Shown here: positions 18,382 through 28,776 of the stretch, in pieces
How the letters are laid out: every line of letters begins with the position of its first letter
Numbering within the stretch: the stretch's first letter is position 1
From: an uncultured delta proteobacterium
GTDB taxonomy: Bacteria; Desulfobacterota; Desulfobacteria; Desulfobacterales; SG8-13
Direction: 5' to 3'
Length of the DNA stretch: 64,000 nt
NCBI GenBank assembly: GCA_963848135.1
Contig: CAWKCK010000017.1
Coordinates: 1,218,538 to 1,282,537, forward strand
The notes under the pieces: generated by a model
What the model was told of the DNA's origin: nothing
Databases searched by the model: none
What the model saw: only the letters and a program-made list of their open reading frames with translations
Made by a program: the position numbers and the translations under genes

Positions 18382-19218
18382 TTAACAATAAAGGTTTTCA
18401 ATCCAGCTCATTGCCTTTGTGTCGCTATTTGTCCTAAAATACCGCTGAGTGGTGGCCAGATTGGCGTGACGGAGAATGATTTTGCTCACTATTCCGATTG
18501 GCACTCCAGATCGAGAGGCATAGGTTGCCGAATGTCGCCGCAAGTCATGCGGTCTCAGGTGAATTCCAACCATCTTTCCCGCTTTTATTACAACCAGCCT
18601 GGCTGCTGCATAGGTATTCGGGAAAATGCTGTCATCTGGTCTATTACAAGTCTGAATGGCGTAGTCACGGAGTCTATCAGCCACCTTTTGTGGGATAAAA
18701 ACAATCTCATGTTCTTTCCCGCTCTTCGGTTCTTGAAGGATCAGTTTTCGATCCTGAATGTCATTCAACCTGAGTTTCAGCGCCTCACCAACCCTCATAC
18801 CCCACGGGCCATCAGTTCGAGCATCAGTCGATTGCGAATTTTGGTAGTCCGGAAAATGATCTCATCAAAGGTATCTTTTTCGATGATTTCCCATCTGGAT
18901 ACCACCCTTTCCCGATACAATTTTCGGATCATGGGCGTATCGCACGGATTGCCTATACCAGAGTCGATGTTATTGCGGAAAAAATTAAAAAAGGCTGAGA
19001 GGTGGGAATAGCGGACCCGTTCGGTGTACGGCTTGTTGCCGTTGGTAAAGCTATTGAGAAAGGAAAGGACATCATTCGGTGTTAATTTATCGATTTCGGC
19101 GTCGCCGAACTCCTGGCAGAATCGGTCAATAACTGACCAATGCGACCGCACGGTATTTTTTTTTCGAGTGGGCGTTGTGGTAATCTATCCATATTTTCGC
19201 GGCTTTGGACACTTTCAT
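18382..19218 (-). pseudogene. AJR-embedded tyrosine recombinase, copy 2 (same A9 tract plus an extra frameshift)
   Basis: Estimated ~85-90% DNA identity to copy 1 by eye (not computed). A9 tract at 19156-19164. A second 1-nt deletion lies at about 18797 (..LELMARGV* / MRVGEALKL..). Confidence 0.8.
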
Positions 19219-19288
19219 GGTTTACCCCCTTTGGTTATTGGTGTTTGACATTCGGGGAAATCCCGAGGTAAATCGATGATACTCAGAT

Positions 19289-19335
19289 CGTATATTCAGT
19301 TTCAACCCCATTTTCGATATTTACGGGACTGGCAA
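19289..19335 (+). repeat. AJR copy 7, right half
   Basis: gtatattcagtttcaaccccattttcgatatttacgggactggcaag. Confidence 0.85.
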
Positions 19336-19453
19336 GTTGTATTAATTTTTTAGTGATGAGTTTTTCCTGGCAAATCTGATCTGCTCATCAGAAAAATGAA
19401 AGAGGTGTTTAAAGACATTCCTAAAACCCATAAGTTAAGGGTTCTGAGATAAT

Positions 19454-19657
19454 ATGGTTACCAATAACTTTCAAAAACAAATATGCCCCAAATGCTCTAA
19501 ACAAGAGGGTTTAGAAATCATCTATGGAGCCCCAACAGGGGAAGAAGCTGAACGTGTAAAACAAGGGCTTGCAACGCCGGGTGGCTTGCGTCCTGAAAGT
19601 GGTCCTGTGTTTAGATGGAGCTGCAGCAATTGTGGATATGTTTGGGGCGAAACATAA
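19454..19657 (+). CDS. small zinc-ribbon protein
   Basis: 67 aa with CPKC..CSNC Cys pairs. Confidence 0.5.
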   Translation: MVTNNFQKQICPKCSKQEGLEIIYGAPTGEEAERVKQGLATPGGLRPESGPVFRWSCSNCGYVWGET

Positions 19658-19818
19658 AGATGAAAAGAGCATTTCTATCGCTTCTGTAACTTGCTTTCCC
19701 ACATTTCGTAAGTCATAGTAAAAGGACTCTACTCATCTTTATTTATTAAAGTGGTTTTTGCTATAGAAGGAGGTTATCCTTATCACAAATATATTCTAAG
19801 AGCACAAAATTGCAGCTT

Positions 19819-19915
19819 ACTCCCAATGTATTCGTATCGGCCTGGTTAATATATAAACTGTACGACAACTATGTTACCATAGTATTCCTGACCTTGATAT
19901 TTTAAAGATTATCAT
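19819..19915 (+). repeat. AJR copy 8 (compact; R segment apparently inverted)
   Basis: actcccaatgtattcgtatcgg..ctgtacgacaactatg (reverse complement resembles gatagttacgagac)..gtattcctgacc-N16-tatcat. Confidence 0.5.
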
Positions 19916-20176
19916 ATTTATTTCGCTAAATCGGGGTTCTGACATTTAGCCTTTATTAGGAAATCCACTGTGTGCTATTGAATTTATATGATTCGTGCGT
20001 ATGTTATACGGTGAATGCAATCCAACTTCGATAAGCAATAATAAACCAGGCGATGGCTTAAGGCATCCCAAAGGTTATATTTTAAAAAAGGAATGTTTGG
20101 GCGGCATTTAAGGAGCTTCTTGGGTGTGCGTGCATCTTCTCTCTGAATAACGACACATTTGGAGGCAGTAAATTGA

Positions 20177-20206
20177 GCAGGGTCAGAAATGGCACTGCTT
20201 TTTTTA
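20177..20206 (+). terminator. terminator hairpin (GCAGGGTC..GGCACTGC + T7)
   Basis: Stem plus a run of 7 T's, with no intact ORF upstream. Confidence 0.55.
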
Positions 20207-20243
20207 ATACGCAACCGAGTGCGACTTTTGAAAGGAAGCGAAG

Positions 20244-20447
20244 ATGGAAATGAAAAAAGTGCTGGCTGGATGGAGCAATGTCTGCCCTGGCTGCAACATT
20301 GGGCGCAAATACCCAGATTCCTTTATCGGCAAGAAAGTCAGGAAGCATTGGGAAAAAGGTTGCATCTCGCATAACGCCTATGTTGAGGTGTACGGCAGTG
20401 ACGAGCCTTCACCGAACAAAAGCAAGGAATCCTCCGGCGATAAATGA
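20244..20447 (+). CDS. small Cys-containing hypothetical protein
   Basis: 67 aa with a CPGC motif and RBS aggaag. Confidence 0.45.
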   Translation: MEMKKVLAGWSNVCPGCNIGRKYPDSFIGKKVRKHWEKGCISHNAYVEVYGSDEPSPNKSKESSGDK

Positions 20448-20565
20448 ATTTGCAATTAGCCGTGAGGGAGCTGGTTGCCGTGCACCTGAGAATATATCAT
20501 GGATACCAACTGAACATGAGGCTTATCGAAACCTGTCCTATACCCGGCAAACCTGTCCCCACCTC

Positions 20566-20678
20566 AGCAAAAATGTACCCGTTATGCTAACAAAGCTATT
20601 CTCCGGTCGGTTTTAATGGTATAGCCAGAACGTAACTGAATATTAAGTGTAAATTCTTACGGTTACGACTTTCGCAAG
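20566..20678 (+). repeat. AJR copy 9
   Basis: caaaaatgtacccgttatgctaacaaagctattc..aatggtatagccagaacgtaac..ttacggttacgactttcgcaag. Confidence 0.7.
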
Positions 20679-20860
20679 CAACCACAAGAATCGGTGGGCT
20701 GCGTTTTTGTAGGATAGCCATTACGGACCCGTCCGGTCATTAAGATTCAGCCACTGCCCGGAAGCCTAAAAATTAACCAACCATCTAATTTACAAAACGA
20801 GAAATGCCTTAAAGAGCGACATGATTAAGTATTGGCGCCGCGTGGTCCAGCCCCCTATAT

Positions 20861-21679
20861 CTAGTGCCCTCTGAAGTGCGGTTGACGTTTTTCTTTCAGT
20901 GCTCGCACTCCCTCGAAATGGTCTTCTGTTCGCTGGGTGATGCCCTGAAAGGCGGCCAACAGATCAAGATGGCCGCTGATTTCCGCTGTGCGAGCCTGAC
21001 GAATAGCTTTCTTAATCATAGAAATCGCAACAGGGCTGTTGGCTGCGATGGAATGTGCCAGCTTTTTCGTTTCTTCTTTTAGTGTGTCCACTTCCACCAG
21101 GTTATTCAGAAGACCCAAGTTAAGGGCTTCATCCGCCGATACGATCCGGCCCGTGAGAGAGAGTTCCATAGCTTTGGCATAGCCTACGACTCTTTGCAAA
21201 AAGAAGGTGCCGCCGTCACCGGGAACCAGGGCCAGTTTGGCAAAAGTTTCTCCAAACCGGGAATGCCTGCATCCCACTCGAATGTCGCACATGCAGGCCA
21301 GATCACAACCGGCGCCGATCGCTGCACCATTGACCATAGCCACGAGAGGAGTGTGCAGGGCCTCGATGGTGAGCGGAATCTGTTGTATGCCCCTTGTGTA
21401 ACGTCGCATAAGCCCTTCTGGATCACCGGCGAACATGCCGGTTTTTTCTTCCATAGCCTTCACGTCACCACCTGCGCAAAACGTGTTGCCGGCCCCCGTC
21501 AGAATGATAACGCGAACATCGTCATCCCAATCCGCCTCCCGGAGCAAGCGGCAGAGTTCGGTAATCATCTCATCAGAAAACGCATTGGAACACTGAGGGC
21601 GGTTGAGCGTGACCCAAAGCAGTGATGCGTTCATTTCCACCAGAAGATCCGTGTAAGCTTCATTGAGGTAATCTTTCAT
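20861..21679 (-). CDS. enoyl-CoA hydratase/isomerase (crotonase) family protein
   Basis: 272 aa. ..FCAGGDVKAM.., ..AMVNGAAIGAGCDLACMCDIR.. oxyanion-hole motifs. Confidence 0.9.
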   Translation of the reverse strand: MKDYLNEAYTDLLVEMNASLLWVTLNRPQCSNAFSDEMITELCRLLREADWDDDVRVIILTGAGNTFCAGGDVKAMEEKTGMFAGDPEGLMRRYTRGIQQIPLTIEALHTPLVAMVNGAAIGAGCDLACMCDIRVGCRHSRFGETFAKLALVPGDGGTFFLQRVVGYAKAMELSLTGRIVSADEALNLGLLNNLVEVDTLKEETKKLAHSIAANSPVAISMIKKAIRQARTAEISGHLDLLAAFQGITQRTEDHFEGVRALKEKRQPHFRGH

Positions 21680-22099
21680 AGCCTTACTCTCCTTGTTGAG
21701 TCGTGGGCTGTCATGAGTTATGTGTCACTTTTCATGGAGTCGGAGGTTAGATTGGGTTTGGCCTCGGGGAGGCCAAACCTGTCGAGGTTTTCATGTGAGG
21801 TTCCGGCCAGAACATAGTGCTAGCAAACCTCAAAGGGAAGACCTCAGGTTCATTACAGTTGTCTAAATAAAGACCTTTTGAGGAACTTAAAAACCTGGAT
21901 GAACCGATCAAAACTATAGATCTCCTGCTTGTCGAAAGAGTCTTCCATCGACATCCATTTGGTAAGATAGAAGGAGACCTCCCCTTCCCCCTTTTTCTGA
22001 GAACAACCTTTCCCATTGCTTTCTTCCCCGTCAACGGATCCGTTCCCTCAACGATGACCTCCAGTCCTTCCGCTCTGAAGACGTCGACTTTTTGCGTTT

Positions 22100-22206
22100 C
22101 CGAATCTATATTTTAGCGGCTTTGGTCACTTTCATAGTTTACGCCCTTTGGTTATTGATGCCTGACATTCGGGGAAATCCCGAGGTAAACAGATGATACC
22201 CAAATC
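22100..22206 (-). pseudogene. stub of a third AJR-embedded recombinase module (5' UTR plus first ~9 codons)
   Basis: ATGAAAGTGACCAAAGCCGCTAAAATATAG plus a conserved leader (gacattcggggaaatcccgaggtaaac). Homology stops near 22100. Confidence 0.7.
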
Positions 22207-22253
22207 GTATATTCAGTTTCAATACCTATTTCGATAATCACAAGACTGGCAAG
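22207..22253 (+). repeat. AJR copy 10, right half
   Basis: gtatattcagtttcaatacctatttcgataatcacaagactggcaag. Confidence 0.8.
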
Positions 22254-22283
22254 AAAGCCGTTGTTTTCAACTGTCTGATTTTC

Positions 22284-22309
22284 GTGAGATAGCCATATCT
22301 ATTGGCAAT
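22284..22309 (+). repeat. AJR mini-copy 11
   Basis: gtgagatagccatatctattggcaa. Confidence 0.45.
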
Positions 22310-22341
22310 AGTTAAGCCATTTTATTCTAAAAATCTTGTTT

Positions 22342-23259
22342 TCACGACAGCTTCTCGTCAAGTAGAATCCTCATTTTGGCTGTGTGGGATGGTCTTGTAC
22401 CACAACAGCCGCCGACGACGGTGGCGCCGGCCGCAAGCCACTCGGAGACATGAGCACTGTATTCTTCCGGACTCAGATCCGAGCGCAGCGTCAACAGGCC
22501 ATCTGTGTCTTTTTCTCCGTCCAGGGTCCAGTCTTGCGGAATGGGAGCAAACGTATTGGCGTAGCCGCCGATCCATTGGGCACCCGTTTCAGCCAATTGG
22601 GGCATAATCGTGGTAATGCTTTCCGGCGCACAACAATTCGCGAGGAAACCGCTGACAGGTATACCCTGCATAGCGGCCACAGCTTCTGCAACGTTCTCTC
22701 CGCTGCGCAAATTCCCCGAACGATCTTCATGCAGCGTCCAGGCCACCCAAACCGGTTTGCCCGTTCGGCAGGCAGCCCTGGCAGCAGCTTGTCCTTCGGT
22801 GGCACTTGACATGGTTTCGCACAACAGCAGGTCGACATGTGGGGCCAGCAGTTCAGCCTGCTCCTGGTAAAGGGCCTCGATTTCCTGACTCGGTCCCACC
22901 AGATCGGAACGGTAGCTACCACCCAACGGAGGCAGGGAACCGGCGATGACGACTTCCCGCCCGGATGCCTCACGCGCTCCAATGGCCAGATTGCAGGCAA
23001 TCATGTTGAGTTCGGCAAAACGATCTTCAAGCCCTTCTTTGGCCAATTCCTGCCTGATAACGCCGTAGGTGTTAGTTGTTATGATATCAGCACCAGCAGC
23101 GATATAGTCGAGATGAATCTGACGCACAACCTTGGGGTCAGTCATCAAGGCTCCTGCCGACCAGATTGTCTTCGGTACCGCTACCCCCCGGAACCGCAAT
23201 TCACGCCCTAAGCCACCATCCAGCAAAACGAGTTTGTTGTTAACATTTAGCGATCTCAA
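22342..23259 (-). CDS. homocysteine S-methyltransferase family protein
   Basis: 305 aa. ..DIITTNTY.., C-terminal ..VVGGCCGTRPSH.. zinc-ligand motif. Confidence 0.9.
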   Translation of the reverse strand: MRSLNVNNKLVLLDGGLGRELRFRGVAVPKTIWSAGALMTDPKVVRQIHLDYIAAGADIITTNTYGVIRQELAKEGLEDRFAELNMIACNLAIGAREASGREVVIAGSLPPLGGSYRSDLVGPSQEIEALYQEQAELLAPHVDLLLCETMSSATEGQAAARAACRTGKPVWVAWTLHEDRSGNLRSGENVAEAVAAMQGIPVSGFLANCCAPESITTIMPQLAETGAQWIGGYANTFAPIPQDWTLDGEKDTDGLLTLRSDLSPEEYSAHVSEWLAAGATVVGGCCGTRPSHTAKMRILLDEKLS

Positions 23260-23834
23260 TACAAGCCTCCTTAGCAGTTTTCATTCTAATTTTCGTTAAA
23301 ATTACGTTTAAAATCATCGTGCACCCTGAAATAACTTATTGCATAATCTCGTAATGTAAAATGCGTTCCGACCGCCAAACAACTATGTTCATAATTGTCA
23401 ACTCGGATGACTCCTCATGTGCAGAGGCTGCGGGTCGATTTACAACCATGTATCCCAAAGAGGCCCTTCGCCTCGGTCTGGTCTGAGACGATTATATGAA
23501 AAAGTTTGGGCTGATATTGAATTTTAACTACAACCAATAGCCGCGAAAGGTTTCCTGATGTTATCGGTTTTGTGAAATTAGAATGAACTCAGCTTCTGGA
23601 TCTTTAGACAAATAATTACGATGTCAGGCAAACCTGACGAACCCATTTTTCTTCGCTTTTATAGTTCCCAATAATTCTATCCTTTATTTATCATATCCGA
23701 ATCAATGCACACGGTTCATATTTTTTGTGTTAACTGCTGAGACTGTCGAAAAACCATAGATCAGCGATGTTGGTGTTTTTAAACTATTGATTTCATTATA
23801 TGCGAAATTGCCAAAATCGCTCTTTTTGGACTTT

Positions 23835-24087
23835 TTCGACAGTCTCGCTATATTTCTTGAGTTTTTATCTGGTCGATTTGCTTGAGATAGCCACACCCTA
23901 TCGTTTCAGATGGCGTGATTTCCTATAGTTGGTTTCTTGGCAAGAAAACTTAAATTTCTGAAGAGTCTAAATCTTTCTGATTTCACCTACGTATATGGAA
24001 TGTTTAAATTATTCAGATAGCAAGCACGATATTTTTACCATTGTGCTACATTGTGGTGTTGACGTTTGAATTGCTATTGGGTTATGC
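23835..24087 (+). repeat. AJR copy 12 (with long promoter-type segment)
   Basis: tctcgctatatttcttgag..tctggtcgatttgcttgagatagccacaccctatcgt..cctatagttggtttcttggcaag..tgctacattgtggtgTTGACG-N17-TTATGC. Confidence 0.8.
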
Positions 24088-24240
24088 GTTTTTCGAGAAA
24101 ATCAGATTGATACCGATTGTTACCGCTACCATTTGATCGGCGTACCTTTATCTGTCCTGCCCTAATTTCCTTTTAGCCAATCTATTTCTCACATCCACAA
24201 ACGGCTTACATTTTTACCCTTAATTAAAAGAGGATTTCTT

Positions 24241-24534
24241 ATGCCAACCTATTCTACTTTGAGAAAATATACTCAGAAAGGTATAGAAAATATTTAAGAA
24301 GGACCATCAAAGCTTGTAGAGGCAAAAAAGGCTTTTAAGGCTATGGGCGCTGAAATAAAAGAATTTTAATTGGTTACCGGAGAATACGATATGGTTGTTT
24401 TCGTGGAAGCACCCGATGATGAGACTGTTGCTAAATTAGCTCTCCTTATAGGCGCAAAGGGTACATCCCGCACCGTGAATTTGAGGGCTTTTAATGAGCT
24501 TGAATATCGAAAGATTATTACCGAACTTCCCTGA
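24241..24534 (+). pseudogene. GYD-domain protein gene with two in-frame TAA codons
   Basis: MPTYSTLRKYTQKGIENI*EGPSKLVEAKKAFKAMGAEIKEF*LVTGEYDMVVFVEAPDDE..; one continuous frame of 98 codons. Confidence 0.7.
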
Positions 24535-24567
24535 ACATTACAAACTTTCTTTATAAAGGAGCAGCCT

Positions 24568-24765
24568 GTGGACAAGAGTCAGACAACATTTGACTGTGTT
24601 AGGTTTTTTTATGACGCTTGCCCCCATAAAGATGACCCATTAATTCTAAAGTTTAAATGTTTGGCTTCCCCCACCTCCAAAAACAAAACCGTAATGTCGA
24701 AAGATGACAATAAGCAGATCGAGTTGTTATGTAAAGGCTGTCCAGACTATGTGAAATACCTCTAA
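24568..24765 (+). CDS. hypothetical small Cys-rich protein
   Basis: GTG start 6 nt after aaggag; 65 aa. Confidence 0.5.
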   Translation: MDKSQTTFDCVRFFYDACPHKDDPLILKFKCLASPTSKNKTVMSKDDNKQIELLCKGCPDYVKYL

Positions 24766-24787
24766 TAATCATGATTGAGTAAAACTT

Positions 24788-24878
24788 CAGATAGCCAAAT
24801 CATTTCCATCCCAAATAATGGGAACCTGAAAATCCATTTACTGGCAAGTATTGACCTGCCGCACAAGTATATTATAAT
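24788..24878 (+). repeat. AJR copy 13 (short left part, strong promoter segment)
   Basis: cagatagccaaatc..ttactggcaagtaTTGACC-N16-TATAAT. Confidence 0.7.
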
Positions 24879-25134
24879 CTTCAACAAAACTGTAAATATC
24901 AAATCTGATAATTGTTTGAAGATTCGATTTTTATTACACTACAAAAGGGAGAATCCAATGCCATGGAATTGCCATTTTTATTGCCTTAGGGCTGAATTTA
25001 ACCCTTATTGGAGGGGGAATTTTTCTGTGACAAGAAAAGGACTTTCGTTTTGACTAGGCCATGTTAACACGTCAAAAGACCTACAATGAAATCTTTAAAG
25101 AATAATCTGTATAGTAAAGAGGGGGGGGACAATC

Positions 25135-25671
25135 TTGGCATCATTTACAGATCGCATGATACGGGCAGCAAAACTGGATTTAGCCCTTTATGAGGAGGTC
25201 GAAGCGGACAAGGGAGCCATGGGGCAAGCCATGGGTGTGGTCATTCTCTCCAGTGTTGCTGCAGGAATCGGAACCATCAGCGTTACAGGGACAAAAGGAC
25301 TTATTTTCGGTACCATAGTTGCCCTATTGGGATGGTTTATCTGGGCGTTTCTGACATATTTTATTGGAACCAGGCTATTACCTGAGCCACAAACAAAAGC
25401 AGATTATGGGGAGTTGTTACGCACTATCGGATTCTCGAGTTCTCCGGGAGTTCTGCGAGTTTTGGCAATTATCCCCATGTTGGGGGTCATCCTCAATTTT
25501 ATCGTTGGTATCTGGATGCTGGTGGCGATGGTCATTGCTGTCAGGCAGGCACTAGATTATAAAAGTACTTGGAGAGCAGTCGGTGTCTGTTTCATCGGCT
25601 GGATCGTTCAGGCCGTTCTTTTCGCTTTGTTTTTTTGGTTGGCAGGGGGAATCGGAGCCTCTCAAGCCTAA
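25135..25671 (+). CDS. Yip1-domain membrane protein
   Basis: 178 aa, 5 TM helices. The TTG start is uncertain. Confidence 0.75.
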   Translation: MASFTDRMIRAAKLDLALYEEVEADKGAMGQAMGVVILSSVAAGIGTISVTGTKGLIFGTIVALLGWFIWAFLTYFIGTRLLPEPQTKADYGELLRTIGFSSSPGVLRVLAIIPMLGVILNFIVGIWMLVAMVIAVRQALDYKSTWRAVGVCFIGWIVQAVLFALFFWLAGGIGASQA

Positions 25672-25699
25672 ATAGATGGCTTTCTAATGTATTGGCGAA

Positions 25700-25828
25700 T
25701 TTGAAACTTTCAAAAACCTGAGATAGCCAGACCATATCGTAACAGGTGGTATGATTTCCAATAGTTGTGCCTGTGGCTGTCATGAGTATTGACCCGCCCC
25801 ACAGATTCAACCTAATCTCAATACATCT
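25700..25828 (+). repeat. AJR copy 14 (with promoter segment)
   Basis: cctgagatagccagaccatatcgt..ccaatagttgtgcctgtggctg..gagtaTTGACC-N18-TAATCTcaatacatct. Confidence 0.8.
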
Positions 25829-25892
25829 TAATTGCGAGAGGATCATTGTCTTAGCTGGAAAACATTATATAAACTCATGAATAGGAGAACTT

Positions 25893-26258
25893 ATGTTTAA
25901 AGTGACACCAAACGGTATAAATCGTTTAGATATTGAGTTGAGTGGAAAGTTAAACGCAGAAGATATGAAAATTGCATTAGACGAATTAGTCAGCAAGTCG
26001 AAGAATATTGAAAATGGCAAAATGATGTATGAAGTTATCGACTTTCATCTTCCGTCATTCGGTGCAATGAGTATTGAATTTTCTCGGCTGCCTGAGATGT
26101 TTGGGCTGATGAAAAAATTTGAACGCGCAGCGGTATTGACTGATAAGACATGGTTAAAAATAGCAAGTGAATTAGAGGGAGTCTTGTTCCCAGGTTTGGA
26201 AATTAAAGCTTTTAATAGAACCAAAAAAGCAGAAGCAGAAGCGTGGTTGTCGAGTTAG
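25893..26258 (+). CDS. SpoIIAA/STAS-like (DUF3478-type) protein
   Basis: 121 aa. ..KMMYEVIDF..FERAAVLTDKTWLK.. pattern; RBS aggagaac. Confidence 0.7.
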   Translation: MFKVTPNGINRLDIELSGKLNAEDMKIALDELVSKSKNIENGKMMYEVIDFHLPSFGAMSIEFSRLPEMFGLMKKFERAAVLTDKTWLKIASELEGVLFPGLEIKAFNRTKKAEAEAWLSS

Positions 26259-26273
26259 GGTTAGGTATTTGTC

Positions 26274-26302
26274 TTGACGGCTTCATCTGTGCTGGTTATG
26301 CT
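26274..26302 (+). promoter_or_regulatory. candidate promoter TTGACG-N17-TATGCT
   Basis: Same hexamers as the AJR promoter segment, 28 nt upstream of the 26330 start. Confidence 0.5.
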
Positions 26303-26329
26303 GGCCCAAAAAATTTAGGGAGGTCGTAA

Positions 26330-26719
26330 ATGAAAGAATTCGATGTGTTGCTTAAGACAGTTGCTGACGGATTGGAGGCCATGGCAGATGGTATCCATGT
26401 GCTTGCAAAGAAGGTTGTTGCTATTGCCGAGACTCAGGCCCGAGAGAAACCATCCAAAATAAAGAAGGCAACTCGAACAAGGAAAGTAAAACCAGTCTCA
26501 AAGAAAGTAACCAAAAAGTCAAAAATAAAGGGCACAAGGCCTGTACCTGCCACCGAAAAAGTACTTAAGGTTATCAAGAAGTCCAAGGCTGGAGTGGACA
26601 ATGTTTCAATTGCTAAGAAGACAGGTCTTGATAGGAAACAGGTGGCCAATGCACTGTCACAGTTAAAGAAAACAGGTAAGGTCAAGTCTGTAAAAAAAGG
26701 TGTTCATGCGGTTGCTTGA
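26330..26719 (+). CDS. Lys-rich histone-H1-like / winged-helix protein
   Basis: 129 aa with a KKxTKK-rich centre and C-terminal ..DNVSIAKKTGLDRKQVANALSQLKKTGKV... Confidence 0.65.
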   Translation: MKEFDVLLKTVADGLEAMADGIHVLAKKVVAIAETQAREKPSKIKKATRTRKVKPVSKKVTKKSKIKGTRPVPATEKVLKVIKKSKAGVDNVSIAKKTGLDRKQVANALSQLKKTGKVKSVKKGVHAVA

Positions 26720-26898
26720 ATAAACCTTAGACAGATCCAGACACTGGTTGTGGCATAGACGAAGTCAGGGATTCTGAACTCTGACTTTCTTAATATCAAC
26801 ACCAGATAATTTTGGAGTGGTCGTTTGACCGGGTAATGATCATCTGGTAAAGATACAGATGGGTGGGTCACCACTTTGTTCGGCTGTAATCTTCCCCG

Positions 26899-27047
26899 AA
26901 TATTTGGCAGGGCGATGGATTTCCTGAATATATCCATACGGTATCGCTATAATAAACAAAAATTAAGATTGTTACGAGACTGGCAAGTTAAGTTTAGTGC
27001 TCTGCTACATTGTGGCAATTGACGTAACATACCAATTAGGTTAAGGT
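26899..27047 (+). repeat. AJR copy 15
   Basis: ggcgatggatttcctgaatatatccatacggtatcgct..gattgttacgagactggcaag..tgctacattgtggcaaTTGACG. Confidence 0.85.
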
Positions 27048-27169
27048 TTTTTAAATTATTGTTTTAATATAAATGCTTGAATCATTATGGGAGGATACCA
27101 TATAAGCACGGGTCTTTAAGATAATTGTTGATACTGGTTTAACTGCGCTGCCTTCTGAAAAGATAGCCG

Positions 27170-28655
27170 GGCTACCTTATGTAACATCATAAAAGTTGCA
27201 TGTTGGAAGCTCGGTTTTTTTATTTAAAAATTCGGTTCTTCTCCCGATTAGTGGGAGAAAGCCTGGTAGATTTTTAATGTAAAGTAGCGTAAATCGTGGA
27301 ACCCATAGGCTTTACGTTTAATGACCTTTATTTTGTTATTTACCCCTTCAAGTTTACCGGTATGAATGGGGTAATCACAGTGGTTGAGGATACCGTAGAT
27401 ATATCGTTCCAGAGTTTTAGCAAAGGCGTTTACAGATGGATGATTCAAGGATCGAGCCAGTGAGCACCAGTCATCAAGTGCCTTGATCGCCCAGGTTCGT
27501 GAACGGTAAGTCCAGATATGTTTGAGCTTCTCTTTTAGGATCATGACAGTGTTGATGGTTTCGTTTAGTGCCAGAAGTTCTTTGAGATGCTGCCTTTGCT
27601 CCTGGGTCTTCAGATTTTTTCGGTTTTTCAGCAACAGATACTTGGTGCCTTTGTAAACGTTTTTATCTTCCTTGGCGGCATTGCGATATTCGCTGTTTCG
27701 TACTTTGTCGATGACGCGATTAAATTTGGCGACCACATGGAACAGATCGAACACGATTTTAGCGTGAGGCACTTTTTTTTAACGGCTTTGATGAACGGCT
27801 TCCACATGTCCATCACAACCGCCTCGATGCCGGCGAGTTGCTTCCGGCTGAGCTGATTGAAAAAGCGTTTGAGCGTGTCGGCCTGGCGATGTTTTCCGAC
27901 ATAGACCACCCGGCCGCTCAGATAATCCAGGACCACCGTCAGGTAGCGATGGCCCTTGCGCACGGAGATCTCGTCTACCGCCAAAATACGCAGGCCGTTT
28001 AAATCGGGCTGCCCGTAGTCGTGCTCCAAGTAATATTTGTCGATGTTCTTGACCGTTTTCCAATTCAACCCCAGGTGCCGAGCGACCTCGGAGACGGTCA
28101 TAAATCGGCATAATTGATATACGTAACGCGCCATCCGTTGGGTGACTCTCAAATAGGGATGAAAGAGCTCCAGATCCTCGATATGAATGCCATGGCAGTG
28201 AGCGCAGAACACTTTGCGGTAGCGACAAGCCAGCCAGACCCGGGCGGTGGCCATGTTCAGGTCCCGCACCTTGCGCTGGGTCCAGCTGTGAACGCCAGTG
28301 GCCCTGCGGCCGCAGCCGTGGCAGACTGGTGCATAGCGTCCGTCGGGCTGCATCTGGATGTGTGCAGTGCCGGCATCGGCTGTAACACTCTGATTGGTAA
28401 TTTTGATTCGACCAAAAGGGAAATAAGGTGCTATGGTGGGAACGGACATCGCAGGCCTCCTTTGGATATGTTTTTTCTTGGGCGAAAAAACCAATACCCA
28501 TAAGAGATACCGGATGTCCATTCTGTTTTAATCTATTACACACTTTTTTTGCCCTGCTTCACTACAACTAATTCGGATATGATCCAAAAATTCCACACTG
28601 ATTTAAAATTGAATTTAAAGGTATGTCTCGCTTTGAGAGCCATAATATCGTTCCT
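27170..28655 (-). mobile_element. ISL3-family insertion sequence (ends approximate)
   Basis: The right end reads GGCTCTCAAAGCGAGAC in reverse complement at 28655. The left IR is not convincingly resolved. Confidence 0.45.
27248..28449 (-). pseudogene. ISL3-family transposase, frameshifted in an A8/T8 run (27773-27780)
   Basis: MSVPTIAPYFPFGRIKI..zinc-finger CHGCG..CAHC..DMWKPFIKAVKKK | VPHAKIVFDLFHVVAKF... Confidence 0.8.
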
Positions 28656-28776
28656 CAGCTAGAGGTCTTACACATTTATCAAATCAGGTATAAATACAAT
28701 TGACAATTATGAAAAGAATCCTGTTAGAGTAAAGGTTTGGCTTTTTATAATTCTCACCTTTTTAAGTTGCTCAACA

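Noticed and set aside
21747-22034. 95-aa ORF between the crotonase gene and the recombinase stub
   Set aside because: It has low-complexity basic sequence, no RBS, and lies in apparent remnant DNA. It is not supportable as a gene.
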